Source: Candidatus Krumholzibacteriota bacterium
Lineage (GTDB): Bacteria; Krumholzibacteriota; Krumholzibacteriia; JAJRXK01
Length of the DNA: 64,000 bases
Assembly (NCBI GenBank): GCA_963764625.1
Contig: CAVXTH010000005.1
Coordinates: 384,001-448,000, forward strand
Direction of reading: 5' to 3'
Position numbers and translations under genes: made by a program. Below, in pieces: positions 46,471-56,647 of this stretch; the first letter of the stretch is position 1; every line of letters starts with the position of its first letter. The notes beneath the pieces were generated by a model that was not told where the DNA came from, searched no databases, and saw only the letters and a list, made by a program, of their open reading frames with translations.

Positions 46471-47789
46471 TCGTGGAGAATTCGCGCACTCGTACGATTC
46501 CCTCGTGGGTGTTCTTTAGCGGGCTCGTGGCTCTGTCGTTCGCGTTCTACTGGCGCATCCTCGACAATCCGTTCTGGGACCCCGAGGACTTCAATTTTCT
46601 GCACACAGCCATCCTGAACGCGGGGAACCTCTCGCGGCTGTTCGCGGCCAACGCGGCCGAGCGCTTTCATCCCTTGCCGTTGGTGTTCTTCCAGCTCGAA
46701 TACCGCATCTTCGGTCTGAACCCCGCCGGCTACTACGCGGTGAATCTGCTGATTCACGCCCTCAACGCGATTCTGGTGTATCTCTTGGTGATGGTCCTCT
46801 TGGGCGACAAGCGCATCGCGCGGCTGGCGAGCGTGTTCTTCGTGCTGGGAGTGGGAAGCTACGGCAAGGCGATCATGTTCGTGGCGGGCATCGAGAATCT
46901 CATCATCACCTCGCTCTATCTTCTCATCCTCAATCTCTACATCCGCAACGACCTGAATGAGAGGGGGCGCGTGCTCTCCCCGCGCTACGCGGTAATCCTC
47001 GTGCTCTTTCTCATGGCGAGCTACGCCCGGCCCACTGCGTTCAGCCTGGTCTTGGGACTCTTGGCCTACAAGCTCTTCTTTCGAACCGCGCGCGGGCCGG
47101 ATCGAAAGCTGTTGGAACTCAACCTGGTCATTCTCGTGGCCGGGGCGGTGTTGTTCTGGGTCTTCCGTGAACTCTCAGGGGTGAGCGACTTCAGTCACGA
47201 GCTCGCCGGCGCCAAACCCTGGACATTCACCGTGCGCTTCGTGGGGAACATGGTGAATTACATCATTCACATGTTCTTTCCCCTCCACCTGAGTCACCTG
47301 GTGACCATGGGAAACCCGGTGGTTCGGGGCCTGTACGATGCGGCGCCGGTCATTCGGTGGTTCATCGGTCTGAGTATTCTCTCCTACGGATTCTTCGGCT
47401 TCGTCTTCGGCAATCGCGCCCTGCGCTTCTTCATCGCCTGGACTTTCATTTCGGCCCTGCCGTTTTGCGCGTTGAGCTTCCCGGAGGACTGGCTGAACAT
47501 TCGTTACCTCTATCAGGTCTCGATCGGCTTCAACTTCATTCTGGCTTCAGGAACCATCTACACCATGGACTTGCTCCATCGGCGCCGCTATCGGCGGTTC
47601 ATTCCCTGTGCCGCGCCTTTGGTCTTCATCCTGCTCTCGGGATACATCATGACCAAGCTCGATCAGAAGTACGAGCGGGAGCGGCGGGATCCCCGCGTGC
47701 GCGTGATGTTGCGTGAAGTGCAAGAGCAAAGAGCGGAGACCACTCTCAAGACGAGGGAAGCGGAACCCTCAACAACTTCAGACCATTGA
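46467..47789 (+). CDS. Multi-pass membrane protein, GT-C (ArnT/PMT/TMTC-like) glycosyltransferase
   Basis: DPED after TM1, RFHPL, FGLNPAGYYAVNLLIHALN, RYLY; many TM helices. Confidence 0.65.
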   Translation: MIVENSRTRTIPSWVFFSGLVALSFAFYWRILDNPFWDPEDFNFLHTAILNAGNLSRLFAANAAERFHPLPLVFFQLEYRIFGLNPAGYYAVNLLIHALNAILVYLLVMVLLGDKRIARLASVFFVLGVGSYGKAIMFVAGIENLIITSLYLLILNLYIRNDLNERGRVLSPRYAVILVLFLMASYARPTAFSLVLGLLAYKLFFRTARGPDRKLLELNLVILVAGAVLFWVFRELSGVSDFSHELAGAKPWTFTVRFVGNMVNYIIHMFFPLHLSHLVTMGNPVVRGLYDAAPVIRWFIGLSILSYGFFGFVFGNRALRFFIAWTFISALPFCALSFPEDWLNIRYLYQVSIGFNFILASGTIYTMDLLHRRRYRRFIPCAAPLVFILLSGYIMTKLDQKYERERRDPRVRVMLREVQEQRAETTLKTREAEPSTTSDH

Positions 47790-49377
47790 AGCGCCACAGG
47801 GGCATGTGTAGCCCGGTGAGAAGCAACTCGTCGGGATCTTGTTCCACGATGGTGAAGGGATGATGGTCCCCATAGAGCACGAGCTGCACCGGACCGAAGG
47901 AGGTAAGGCGCGCCTCCTTCTCTCGGGGAAGCCAGGACACCTGCACCGCGCAGCGGGACGAGGGGTAGATGATCTTGAGAAGGGCCGCGGCGTGGGGGTC
48001 GGAATCCCGGTCTCGTAGAAGCTTCGTCCAGGCTCGCAGAGAGAAGTCGCTCAGACAGGACGCGGAACGAACCCGGCCGAAGCGCAGATAGGGGTAGTCC
48101 ACCCGGAAGGGAATCCCCGCCACGAGCTGGGGACCTTCGAAGAATTCCTCGGGCAATTCCACCACCACTTGCCGCCAGACTGTCATCTGCCGGGAAACTT
48201 CGTGCCATTCGTAATAGGGAACGAAGAGCGGAGAGACCAGCCACGCTGGCCACATGCACAAAAGACCCAAGAGCACCAGAGGCACGCGCACCGTCCAGCG
48301 CTTTCCCCACGGCGGCCGGGAAATGAACGCGGTGAGGATGGCGCTCATGCCCGCAAGCGGAGCATACAGGTACCAGGCGGAGAGGCCCTTTGCCAGCGCC
48401 GCCGGCGCAAGCAGAAGGAAGGTCCAACTCAAGCCGAAGCACAGCAACCGACGGGTGGCGTCCACCTTTCTTTCTTGGGGCACGCAGTTCGGCGGCTCGG
48501 CCGATGCGCCGCGAGACCGCCGGTCCCAGAGCACGGCCAGGACCGCGAGCAAGAGCAAGAGACTCACCCCGATCCTGACTCCCCACACCCCCGCCAACCG
48601 CACTGGATCGACGAGATCACCCAACCCGGCCCGCAGCGGCGCGATCTGAAGAGTCCAGTGGCCGTAACCGCCGAGCCCTTGCAGGACCAGGGTGCGGGCC
48701 AGCAGTGCGGGAAGAACCAGGATTCCGCCGACAACGAGTGCGCGGCGGCGCTCTTTAGGCCCGGCCAACGCGAGCAGAAGAAGCGGCAGGACCATGCCGG
48801 TCTCCTTGCTCAAGGGGGCCAAGAGTCCGGCGACAATCAGAAGCGCCCGAGCGCCACGGCGACCACGTTGCCGCTCCACCCAGGCCAGGCACGCAAGGAG
48901 CAATAGAAAGACCACCCAGAGATCGGCGCGGCGCGCCACCGCGGGTACGACTTCGACTCCCAGGGGATGCACCGCGAACCACACCCCGCCCAGAAGTGCA
49001 CCCCATCCCGGAGCGCCCAGTGCGAGTAGAAGCAGAAAGAGCGTCGTGGCCCCCGCGGCATGAAGCATGAGATCGGACAGGTGGAACCAGCGCGCGGTGA
49101 GCCCGTGCACCAGATAGTCCATTCCGAAACTCAAACCGGTCCAGGGCCGGTAAAAACTTACCTCCGGCTGGATGTGGTCGCGGACTTCGTGCGCGAAACA
49201 GGCGAGTGGGCCAACTGGTGCCTCGAATCGATTCGCCTCGATGAGGGGCCCACTGTCCAAACCCGTGAAGTCGAGGGGAAGAATCCAATGGTAGGCGCCC
49301 ACCGCCAGGGCGAAGACGAACAGAGCGGCGAAGCGAAGGCTCCGCGCCGACTCGTGAGAAGAGACGGTCTGGTCCAT
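47746..49377 (-). CDS. Multi-pass membrane protein, TMTC-like GT-C glycosyltransferase
   Basis: FYRP, FHL..L.LH, FAVHP..VEVV..V..R, LSKE, WYLY.P. The ORF could start at 49440. Confidence 0.7.
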   Translation of the reverse strand: MDQTVSSHESARSLRFAALFVFALAVGAYHWILPLDFTGLDSGPLIEANRFEAPVGPLACFAHEVRDHIQPEVSFYRPWTGLSFGMDYLVHGLTARWFHLSDLMLHAAGATTLFLLLLALGAPGWGALLGGVWFAVHPLGVEVVPAVARRADLWVVFLLLLACLAWVERQRGRRGARALLIVAGLLAPLSKETGMVLPLLLLALAGPKERRRALVVGGILVLPALLARTLVLQGLGGYGHWTLQIAPLRAGLGDLVDPVRLAGVWGVRIGVSLLLLLAVLAVLWDRRSRGASAEPPNCVPQERKVDATRRLLCFGLSWTFLLLAPAALAKGLSAWYLYAPLAGMSAILTAFISRPPWGKRWTVRVPLVLLGLLCMWPAWLVSPLFVPYYEWHEVSRQMTVWRQVVVELPEEFFEGPQLVAGIPFRVDYPYLRFGRVRSASCLSDFSLRAWTKLLRDRDSDPHAAALLKIIYPSSRCAVQVSWLPREKEARLTSFGPVQLVLYGDHHPFTIVEQDPDELLLTGLHMPLWRFNGLKLLRVPLPSS

Positions 49378-49463
49378 GGCCCAATGGTGGAACAAGCCGA
49401 CCGATTGGTCACGCTCGAATCCAGAGGGCGCTTCCGCCATAGCCCTGCTGGAGTTCTGCGGCT

Positions 49464-52247
49464 ATGTTCCATGCCATGACTACCGCCATCGCGCCAAAGA
49501 TCGAAGAGATCGTCCTCGCCAACGGTCTGCGCATCTTCGTTCTCCCCCAGGAGTTCACCTCCACCTTCGCGGGGTATTACCACTTCGACGTCGGAAGCGC
49601 GCACGATCCCGCCGGACGTTCGGGCATCGCCCACCTCCTGGAGCACATGATGTTCAAGGGAACCAGGCGCATCGGCACCGAGAGGGCGAACGAGTACAGC
49701 GAGCTGGTGACCCGGGCCGGTGGCCAGGGCATGAACGCCACCACCAGCTACGACATGACCCGCTACTACTTGCAGCTGCCCTCCCACCAGCTCGAACTGT
49801 GGTTTTCCTTGGAGGCGCAGCGGCTGCAAGAACCCGTCTTCCGCGAATTCGAGCCCGAGAGGGAAGTCGTGCTCGAGGAACGGCGGCTGCGGATCGAGAA
49901 CCAGGCCGAGGGAATGGCCTTCGAGCGGCATCGCCAGCTCCTCTATCCCAACCATCCCTACGGGGTGCCGGTGATCGGCTGGCCGGAAGACATTCGAGCC
50001 CTGCAGAAAGAAGACGCGCAGGAGTACTTCCACACCTGGTACTCGCCCACCAATTGCACCATGGTGCTGGTCGGCGACCTCGATCCTCAACGAGTGAAGA
50101 CCTTGGCGCAGAAATACCTCGCCTCCTGGCAAGCCCAAGATCTTCCCGCACGCACTCCACGGCCGGTGGAAGACGTCGCTTCTATCCGCCGGGATAAAGT
50201 GGAATTCGATGCGATGGGACATTTGCGGATGGCCTGGCTCACGGTTCCTCAGTCCCATCCAGATCACGACACATTCTCGCTGCTTTCGGCCATCCTGGGC
50301 GAGCTGAACTCTTCGCGCCTCACCCAACGCCTGGTACAGGAGAGTGAAAAGGCGGCCGCGGTGATCTCCTTCGCCTATGGGCAACACGAGAGCGGCAGTT
50401 TCAACATCATCGCCCGCCCGGGCGCGAAGAGCTCCCTGCGCGAACTCGAAGACGAGATCCTGGTTGTCCTGCAGGAGCTCATTCACAACGGGGTGAAGGA
50501 GGACGAGCTCGAGCGCGCGCGGATTTCCCTCGAAGCCCAGCGAACCCAGAGGCTCTATTCGAAGCTCTCTTTGGCCATGGACATCGGGGCCGAGGTCGCC
50601 CTCACCCAGGATCCGGCTCACCTCGATACCTATGAAGAGAGACTCGAGGCGATTACGCCGGAACAGGTGCTCGAAGTGGCCCAGCGTTGGCTCGTGCCCG
50701 AGCATCGCTGCGTGGTCGAACTCGAGCGGGCCGCGGGTCAGGGCAGTGCAACAAATCCCTCGATTTCAACCCAGGCGGGAGAAAGCGGTCAGCACCAGCG
50801 CGAGGTCGAGCCCAGTCGCAGAGGAGCTCCTCACTCGGAAGGCTTCGAGGAGATGCTGGCTCTCATCGACGCCGCACCCCCGGCGGACTTCCACGTGCCC
50901 ACCGTGGGACGCGACGTCCGGCGTGAGGTGCTTTCCACCGGCACCACTCTCTTTCTGAAGGAAGACCACGATCTGCCCGGGGTCAGTCTGAACGCCCACT
51001 TCACGGGGGGAAGCAACTCGGTTCCCCTGAACACCCTGTCTGCTTACACCCTGTCCGGCGCGCTCTGGCAGGAAGGCGGAACCGACGCGTTGAATCCCAA
51101 CGAGCTGGAGCGCACCAAGGAAGGGCTGGGCGTGAGCATGAACCTGCGTCCCGGGCCGACCGGGTGGCAGCTCTCGCTCTGGACCCTCTCGCGGAATCTG
51201 GACGCGGCCCTCTTGCTCTTGCGCTCGATGTTGCGCGAGCCCAGGCTCGATGCCGCCCGCCTGAGCCTTCTCGCCACCAAGCAGATCGAGATCATGCGAC
51301 GGAGAGCGGATTACCCTTCGTGGGCCATCGCCTTCCTGGGACAAAAAGTTCTGTACGGCGATCACCCGCGCTTAGGGTACCAACCCACCAGAGCGGAGAT
51401 CGAGAGCCTACGTCCGGAGGACATCGCCCAGGTGCTGGCGCGTCACCTCGGTCCCTCCAACTTCTACCTGACCGCGGTGGGGGACTTTTCGTCCAACTCC
51501 ATGGCCGAGAGTGTGAACCGGCAGCTCACGGGTTGGGCCGAAGCCTCCGATCCGCGGCGCGTTTGGCTGGAACGCAAGCCCGCGCGCAATCCGGGCATCC
51601 ACATCCTGGCCAAGGAACTGGCCCAGCCCGCGGTTCGTTTTCTGCAGGAAGTGGCGGTCGACCGGAGCCGTGACGACGCCGAGCACGCGGCCTTGGAAAT
51701 CCTCAATCGCCTGCTGGGAGGTAGCGGCTTTCGCAGCCGGCTCATGGAACGCCTTCGCAGCGAGGAGGGCCTGACTTACGGGGTCTCCTCTTCCATGGCC
51801 CACGACTATCGCCCCGGGGTTCCGGGGCTGTGGGCGATTTCCTTCCAAACAAGGCGGGATGCCGTCGCACGCGCGGTGGAAATCGTGGAGGAAGAATGTC
51901 GGCGCCTGCGGGAGGATCTGCCCTCGGACGACGAGGTCCACGAACAGATCCAGGCCTGGCGCAACAGCTTCCTCTTCCGCTTCGAGAACGAAGCCCAGGC
52001 CGTGACGAGGCTCATGAATCACGAGCTCGATGACCGCCCCTACGAGCGCGATCTCGAGGTGCTCTCGGAAATCGAGCGCGTGCGCCCGACGCAAGTCCGC
52101 GAGGCGGCGCGCCGCTGGCTCAACCCGGAGAACTTCTCCATCGCGATCTTCGGCAGCCCGAGCGAGGGCGAAACAAAGGCCCTGGGGGTCAAGCATCCGC
52201 TGAAATTCTGGGAGCGGGAGGACGTGCTGGGGGGCGGCTACGACTGA
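49464..52247 (+). CDS. M16 (pitrilysin/PqqL-like) zinc peptidase
   Basis: LANGL, GIAHLLEHMMFKGT (HxxEH), NATTSYD.T.Y; duplicated second half with SRLMERLR..EGLTYGV. Confidence 0.92.
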   Translation: MFHAMTTAIAPKIEEIVLANGLRIFVLPQEFTSTFAGYYHFDVGSAHDPAGRSGIAHLLEHMMFKGTRRIGTERANEYSELVTRAGGQGMNATTSYDMTRYYLQLPSHQLELWFSLEAQRLQEPVFREFEPEREVVLEERRLRIENQAEGMAFERHRQLLYPNHPYGVPVIGWPEDIRALQKEDAQEYFHTWYSPTNCTMVLVGDLDPQRVKTLAQKYLASWQAQDLPARTPRPVEDVASIRRDKVEFDAMGHLRMAWLTVPQSHPDHDTFSLLSAILGELNSSRLTQRLVQESEKAAAVISFAYGQHESGSFNIIARPGAKSSLRELEDEILVVLQELIHNGVKEDELERARISLEAQRTQRLYSKLSLAMDIGAEVALTQDPAHLDTYEERLEAITPEQVLEVAQRWLVPEHRCVVELERAAGQGSATNPSISTQAGESGQHQREVEPSRRGAPHSEGFEEMLALIDAAPPADFHVPTVGRDVRREVLSTGTTLFLKEDHDLPGVSLNAHFTGGSNSVPLNTLSAYTLSGALWQEGGTDALNPNELERTKEGLGVSMNLRPGPTGWQLSLWTLSRNLDAALLLLRSMLREPRLDAARLSLLATKQIEIMRRRADYPSWAIAFLGQKVLYGDHPRLGYQPTRAEIESLRPEDIAQVLARHLGPSNFYLTAVGDFSSNSMAESVNRQLTGWAEASDPRRVWLERKPARNPGIHILAKELAQPAVRFLQEVAVDRSRDDAEHAALEILNRLLGGSGFRSRLMERLRSEEGLTYGVSSSMAHDYRPGVPGLWAISFQTRRDAVARAVEIVEEECRRLREDLPSDDEVHEQIQAWRNSFLFRFENEAQAVTRLMNHELDDRPYERDLEVLSEIERVRPTQVREAARRWLNPENFSIAIFGSPSEGETKALGVKHPLKFWEREDVLGGGYD

Positions 52248-52416
52248 GCGCGCCAGGCGAAACGGTAGGACTTTTAAAGATTGGTCGCGACCGCGCGCTC
52301 TCCAAAGGAAATCTCGCCCTTCCTCCGACCGAATGTCAGTCCGAAACTCCCCGTTCTTGACAAAATGTCCAAATATGCCGCTCGCGAGTTTGATTCTGAA
52401 TTCAGACCCAAGATTC

Positions 52417-52441
52417 TAATTCTTTTTATTTCAACGAGTTA
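52417..52441 (+). promoter_or_regulatory. IHF-like binding site upstream of the sigma factor gene
   Basis: TTTCAACGAGTTA is one mismatch from WATCAANNNNTTR and is preceded by a T-tract. Confidence 0.5.
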
Positions 52442-52578
52442 CAACTCAAGAAATGGGGCTGGATTTTGGCTCATTCTCGGCGCGGGAATTGATGATGCAT
52501 CCAGATGAAACCGCGGGATTCTTTCCCACCGTAAGGCTTGCCCCATGGGACCGCGGTTACTCAGCGAGAGGAAGTACT

Positions 52579-53445
52579 GTGAGAACCGCTGCCGCCACCG
52601 TCGAGAATCGGACGAATCTGGACATCTACTTCAGCGAGGTCCATCACTACAGCCCCCTCAGCCGCAGTGAAGAGGTCGAGCTGGGCCGAGCCATTCGCGA
52701 GGGCGACGAGGAGTCGCTGCAGAAGCTGGTCAACGCGAACCTTCGGTTCGTGGTCTCCATCGCCAAGCAGTTCGCCCGCTACGGCGTGCCCCTGGAAGAC
52801 TTGATCAACGAGGGCAACCTCGGATTGATCGAGGCCGCCAAGCGCTTCGATGAACGCAGAGGATACAAGTTCATCTCCTATGCCGTGTGGTGGATTCGTC
52901 AATCGATCATGATCGCGTTGGCGCAGCAGTCCAAAGCCGTACGGATGCCCTTGAATCGCGCGCGTGCCCTCCATCGTCTTCGCAAAGCGAACACCCGTTT
53001 GGAACAGAAGCTCGAACGCGTTCCGCGCGCGGATGACCTGGCGAAGGAACTGGGCATCACCATAGAGGAAGTGCGAGATACTCTTCCCTTGATGCACGAA
53101 GCCGTCTTCCTCGATGACACGGTCAGCGAGGGGAGTTCGACGACCTACATCGATCTTCTGGCAGGAGAAGATGAGCCGTCTCCAGACCTTCCGATTCTCG
53201 AAGACGAACTCCGCCGAGGCGTTTCTCAAGCTCTCCAGAACCTGCGGAGCCGCGAGGCCGAGGTCCTGAGGCTGTACTTCGGACTCGAGGGATGCAACCA
53301 GATGACGCTTGAAGAGATCGGCAAGAGAATGAGCCTCACCCGGGAGCGCATCCGCCAGATCAAGGAAGAGGCCTTGGAGAAGATGCGGTCACGCCGCAGC
53401 TTCAAATTCCTCACCGATTATCGGGAGATGGCAACGCTGCATTGA
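52579..53445 (+). CDS. RNA polymerase sigma70 factor, RpoD/SigA family, lacking region 1.1
   Basis: LVNANLRFVVSIAK, DLINEGNLGL, FISYAVWWIRQ, TLEEIG..LTRERIRQI. GTG start follows GAGAGG. Confidence 0.92.
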   Translation: MRTAAATVENRTNLDIYFSEVHHYSPLSRSEEVELGRAIREGDEESLQKLVNANLRFVVSIAKQFARYGVPLEDLINEGNLGLIEAAKRFDERRGYKFISYAVWWIRQSIMIALAQQSKAVRMPLNRARALHRLRKANTRLEQKLERVPRADDLAKELGITIEEVRDTLPLMHEAVFLDDTVSEGSSTTYIDLLAGEDEPSPDLPILEDELRRGVSQALQNLRSREAEVLRLYFGLEGCNQMTLEEIGKRMSLTRERIRQIKEEALEKMRSRRSFKFLTDYREMATLH

Positions 53446-53510
53446 GTCGCCCCGGAGCCTCTGGCTTCCAGGGAAATCGCCGTCCCGGTGGGCGGGCTGT
53501 CTTTCTTCGA

Positions 53511-53528
53511 CAGCCCGCCTTGCTTTTG
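53511..53528 (+). terminator. Rho-independent terminator after the sigma gene (3' arm and T-tract; stem begins ~53491)
   Basis: GGCGGGCTGTC-tttcttc-GACAGCCCGCC followed by TTGCTTTT. Confidence 0.7.
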
Positions 53529-53590
53529 GACCCGCGGGAAAACATCGTTCAGTGCGCACTGGGGAGAAGACTCTCTCGGTTGGAGCTGAC

Positions 53591-55501
53591 ATGAACAAGG
53601 CACAAGAACTTTATCGCAGTAAATTGACGACCGCTGACGAAGCCCTGATCCAGGTCAAGTCCGGTTCGCGCGTTCTCGTCGGCTCGGGCTGCGCGGAGCC
53701 ACAGGATCTGGTCGCCGCGCTCTGCCGCCAAGCCCAGCGTCTTCACGACGTCGAGGTGGTTCACCTGCTCACGCTGGGATCCGCCGATTACGTTGGTCCC
53801 GACTACGCCGGTCACTTCAGACACAACGCCTACTTCATCGGGGGAAACGTACGCAAGGCCGTGTGGGAGGGTCGCGCCGATTATACTCCAATCTTCCTGC
53901 ATGAGATTCCGGAGCTGATGCGTAGCGGTCAGCGTCCCACCGACGTTGCGCTCCTGCAAGTGACCCCACCCGACCGACACGGCTACTGCAGCCTCGGGAT
54001 TCACGTGGACATCCAGATGGCGGCCGTCGAGACGGCCAAGGTCCTCATCGCCGAAGTGAATCCCAACATGCCACGCACTCTGGGCGACAGCATCATTCAC
54101 ATTTCGCGCTTCGATTCGCTGGTGGAAGTCGACACCCCCCTGCTGGAACTGCCACTGCAGGAACCCAATGAGGTCGCGATTCGAATCGGGGGAAATGTCG
54201 CCGACCTCATCGAGCACGGCAGCACACTGCAGCTGGGAATCGGGAACATTCCCAACGCAGTGCTCAAGTTCATGACCGAGAAACGACATCTTGGTATTCA
54301 CACCGAGATGATCAGTGATTCCTGTATCTCCCTCATCGAAAACGGCAACATCGACAATACGCGCAAGACCATCCACCGCGGGAAGACGATAGTCAGTTTC
54401 GTCATGGGCTCGCGCAAACTGTACGATTTGGTCGATGACAACCCGAGCATCGAATTCTATCCGAGCGATTATTCGAATGACCCGAGGGTCATCGCGCGCA
54501 ACGACAAGATGGTCGCGATCAACTCGGCAGTGCAGGTCGATCTCACAGGGCAAGTGTGCAGCGATTCGATCGGCTACAAGTTCTACAGTGGAATCGGCGG
54601 CCAGGTCGACTTCATCCGTGGTGCCGCGATGAGCAAGGGTGGCAAACCCATCATCGCGCTGCCCTCGACCGCAAAAGATGACACGGTGAGCCGAATCGCT
54701 TCCTTCTTGGACGAAGGAGCGGGAGTGGTCACAAGTCGCGGAGACGTCCATTACGTGGTCACCGAATACGGGGTGGCCTACCTGCACGGCAAGACCATTC
54801 GCGAGCGAGCACTGGCTCTTATCAACATCGCACACCCCAACTTCCGCGAGGACCTTCTCGATTTCGTGCGCAGCAAGCACTACGTGCAGGCGGACGAAGA
54901 GGTGTGGCGTCAGATCATGAATCCATTCCCGGTCGATTGGGTGGAGAACCGCGAGTTCGGGAACTCCACCTGCATGATCCGTCCCATCCGCGCCGACGAC
55001 GAACGTAAGTTGCAAGAATTCTTCTACAGCCACGAACCAGAGACGATCTACCAGCGCTATTTCCATGCGAAGTCCCAGCTCGGTCATCAGGAAGCCGCGA
55101 TGGCGTGTTCGGTCGACTACAAGAACCGAATGGCCTTCGGCGTGTTCGAACGCGCCGATCGAGAGGCCGAGCGAATCGTGGCCATCGGAAGATATGAACT
55201 CAACAATCGCACGAACATCGCCGACACCGCATTCATCGTGCACGAGGACTTTCGCGGCCTGGGGATCGGAAGCCATCTCCTGGAGAAGATCATCGACTAC
55301 GCCAAGGCCCAGGGTATCGCGGGGATTCGCAGCGAATTCCTTCCCACCAACAAGGTGGCGAAGGATATCCACGAGCGGTTGGGGCACTCGTTGGAATGGG
55401 ACGAGGAAGATCACGTCTACCGAGTGTTTACGCGATTCGAGCGGCCCAGACGCCCCCGGCGGGGCCGCGGACCCACCCACGAGGCGGAACCCCACGATTA
55501 G
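53591..55501 (+). CDS. Acetyl-CoA hydrolase/CoA-transferase fused to a C-terminal GNAT domain
   Basis: LQLGIG.IP, LGIHTEM (catalytic Glu), INSAVQVDLTGQ, SGIGGQVDF, VVTEYG; then IRPI..DD, YQRYF, AFIVHEDFRGLGIG. Confidence 0.9.
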   Translation: MNKAQELYRSKLTTADEALIQVKSGSRVLVGSGCAEPQDLVAALCRQAQRLHDVEVVHLLTLGSADYVGPDYAGHFRHNAYFIGGNVRKAVWEGRADYTPIFLHEIPELMRSGQRPTDVALLQVTPPDRHGYCSLGIHVDIQMAAVETAKVLIAEVNPNMPRTLGDSIIHISRFDSLVEVDTPLLELPLQEPNEVAIRIGGNVADLIEHGSTLQLGIGNIPNAVLKFMTEKRHLGIHTEMISDSCISLIENGNIDNTRKTIHRGKTIVSFVMGSRKLYDLVDDNPSIEFYPSDYSNDPRVIARNDKMVAINSAVQVDLTGQVCSDSIGYKFYSGIGGQVDFIRGAAMSKGGKPIIALPSTAKDDTVSRIASFLDEGAGVVTSRGDVHYVVTEYGVAYLHGKTIRERALALINIAHPNFREDLLDFVRSKHYVQADEEVWRQIMNPFPVDWVENREFGNSTCMIRPIRADDERKLQEFFYSHEPETIYQRYFHAKSQLGHQEAAMACSVDYKNRMAFGVFERADREAERIVAIGRYELNNRTNIADTAFIVHEDFRGLGIGSHLLEKIIDYAKAQGIAGIRSEFLPTNKVAKDIHERLGHSLEWDEEDHVYRVFTRFERPRRPRRGRGPTHEAEPHD

Positions 55502-55586
55502 CGGGCACTTGCCTGTTTCCGCGGGGGGCTGCACACTGTCGTCTTCACAATGAGGGTGGAGACTTCAGCCGGCGGACGCCCACAGA

Positions 55587-56645
55587 ATGACCGAACGCTT
55601 CACAACCCACACCCTGGAGGCGGCCGAGTACCCGGCCTGGGAGCGATTCGTCGCCGAGTCTGTGGACGGAAGCGTCTACTCCCTGCCTTCCTATCTCGAA
55701 GTCCTTTGTGCCGCCACCGGCGCCAGCTACAAAGTCCTCGCCGTCCTGCGCGACGGTGAATTCGTGGGCGGCGTCGCTCTCTACGTGAGTCCGAGCCCAG
55801 TCGGGCTCTACGTGGCGCCACGACTGTTGCTCTACTACAACGGTCTCGTCTTGACCCGTTCGAGCTCGAAGTATCCCTCGCAACGCACTTCGCTGAGCCT
55901 TCACATCATGGAGTCGCTGGAGACCGCGCTCAGAGACGAGGGTTACGCCCATCTGCGCCTTCACTCCCGCGCAACGGTCAGCGACGTCCGGCCCTTTCTG
56001 GCCAGAGGCTGGACGGCCAAACCTTCGTTCAGCTACGTTGTCGATCTGAGCGACATCGAGTCGGCGAGAAATCTGGTCGAGCGCAACTTCCGCCGACTCA
56101 TCAAGCGATGCGAGACGGACGGAATCGAGTTGAGCCAGGACGACGACTTCGATTCGTTCTTCGCTCTTCACGAGGAGATCCATCGACGCAAGGGAGTTCC
56201 GCTCTATCTTCCCCAAGGGCGCTATCAGGAGTACTACAAGCGCTTGCGCGAGCGATCCCTCTGTAGGCTCTACCACGCGCGTCTGGAGAACGGGCGGGCG
56301 GTTGCCAGCCAGCTCGTGCTGTTGGGTCCACATCCTGTCACCCATACCGTCTGCGCGGGCGCGGCGGAGGAATATCTCCAGAGCGGCGCCTCGGTGTTCT
56401 TGCGCTGGAAGGCCTGCGAAGCTCTCGCAGCCGAGGGATACGCGGGAAACGACCTCACCGACGCGGAACTGAATCCGGTGACCCGCTTCAAGAGCCAGTT
56501 GGGCGCCGAGTTGAAACTCTCCCTCATGCTCCACCGCCCCGATGCCATGGGGTGGCGGTTGCGCTCGTTGGCAATGAATCCAATCGGCCTTTCCCAGCGC
56601 GCGCTGCGCGCGCTTCGACGCCGCCTCGCGGCGGGAGGAAACTGA
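55587..56645 (+). CDS. GNAT/FemAB-like acyltransferase
   Basis: WERFV..S..GSVY, SYVVDLS, FRRLIKRC, RFKSQLGA layout of FemAB-type double GNATs. Confidence 0.75.
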   Translation: MTERFTTHTLEAAEYPAWERFVAESVDGSVYSLPSYLEVLCAATGASYKVLAVLRDGEFVGGVALYVSPSPVGLYVAPRLLLYYNGLVLTRSSSKYPSQRTSLSLHIMESLETALRDEGYAHLRLHSRATVSDVRPFLARGWTAKPSFSYVVDLSDIESARNLVERNFRRLIKRCETDGIELSQDDDFDSFFALHEEIHRRKGVPLYLPQGRYQEYYKRLRERSLCRLYHARLENGRAVASQLVLLGPHPVTHTVCAGAAEEYLQSGASVFLRWKACEALAAEGYAGNDLTDAELNPVTRFKSQLGAELKLSLMLHRPDAMGWRLRSLAMNPIGLSQRALRALRRRLAAGGN

Positions 56646-56647
56646 AC

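Noticed and set aside
52357-52362. Perfect TTGACA -35 box upstream of the sigma gene
   Set aside because: No -10 hexamer at 16-18 bp spacing.
53549-55534. 661-aa antisense ORF (similarly 34272..35825, 49158..50705, 25250..26917, 26977..28485, 22146..23444)
   Set aside because: Shadow ORFs opposite well-supported genes, expected from high GC3 codon bias. They have no motifs or RBS support.
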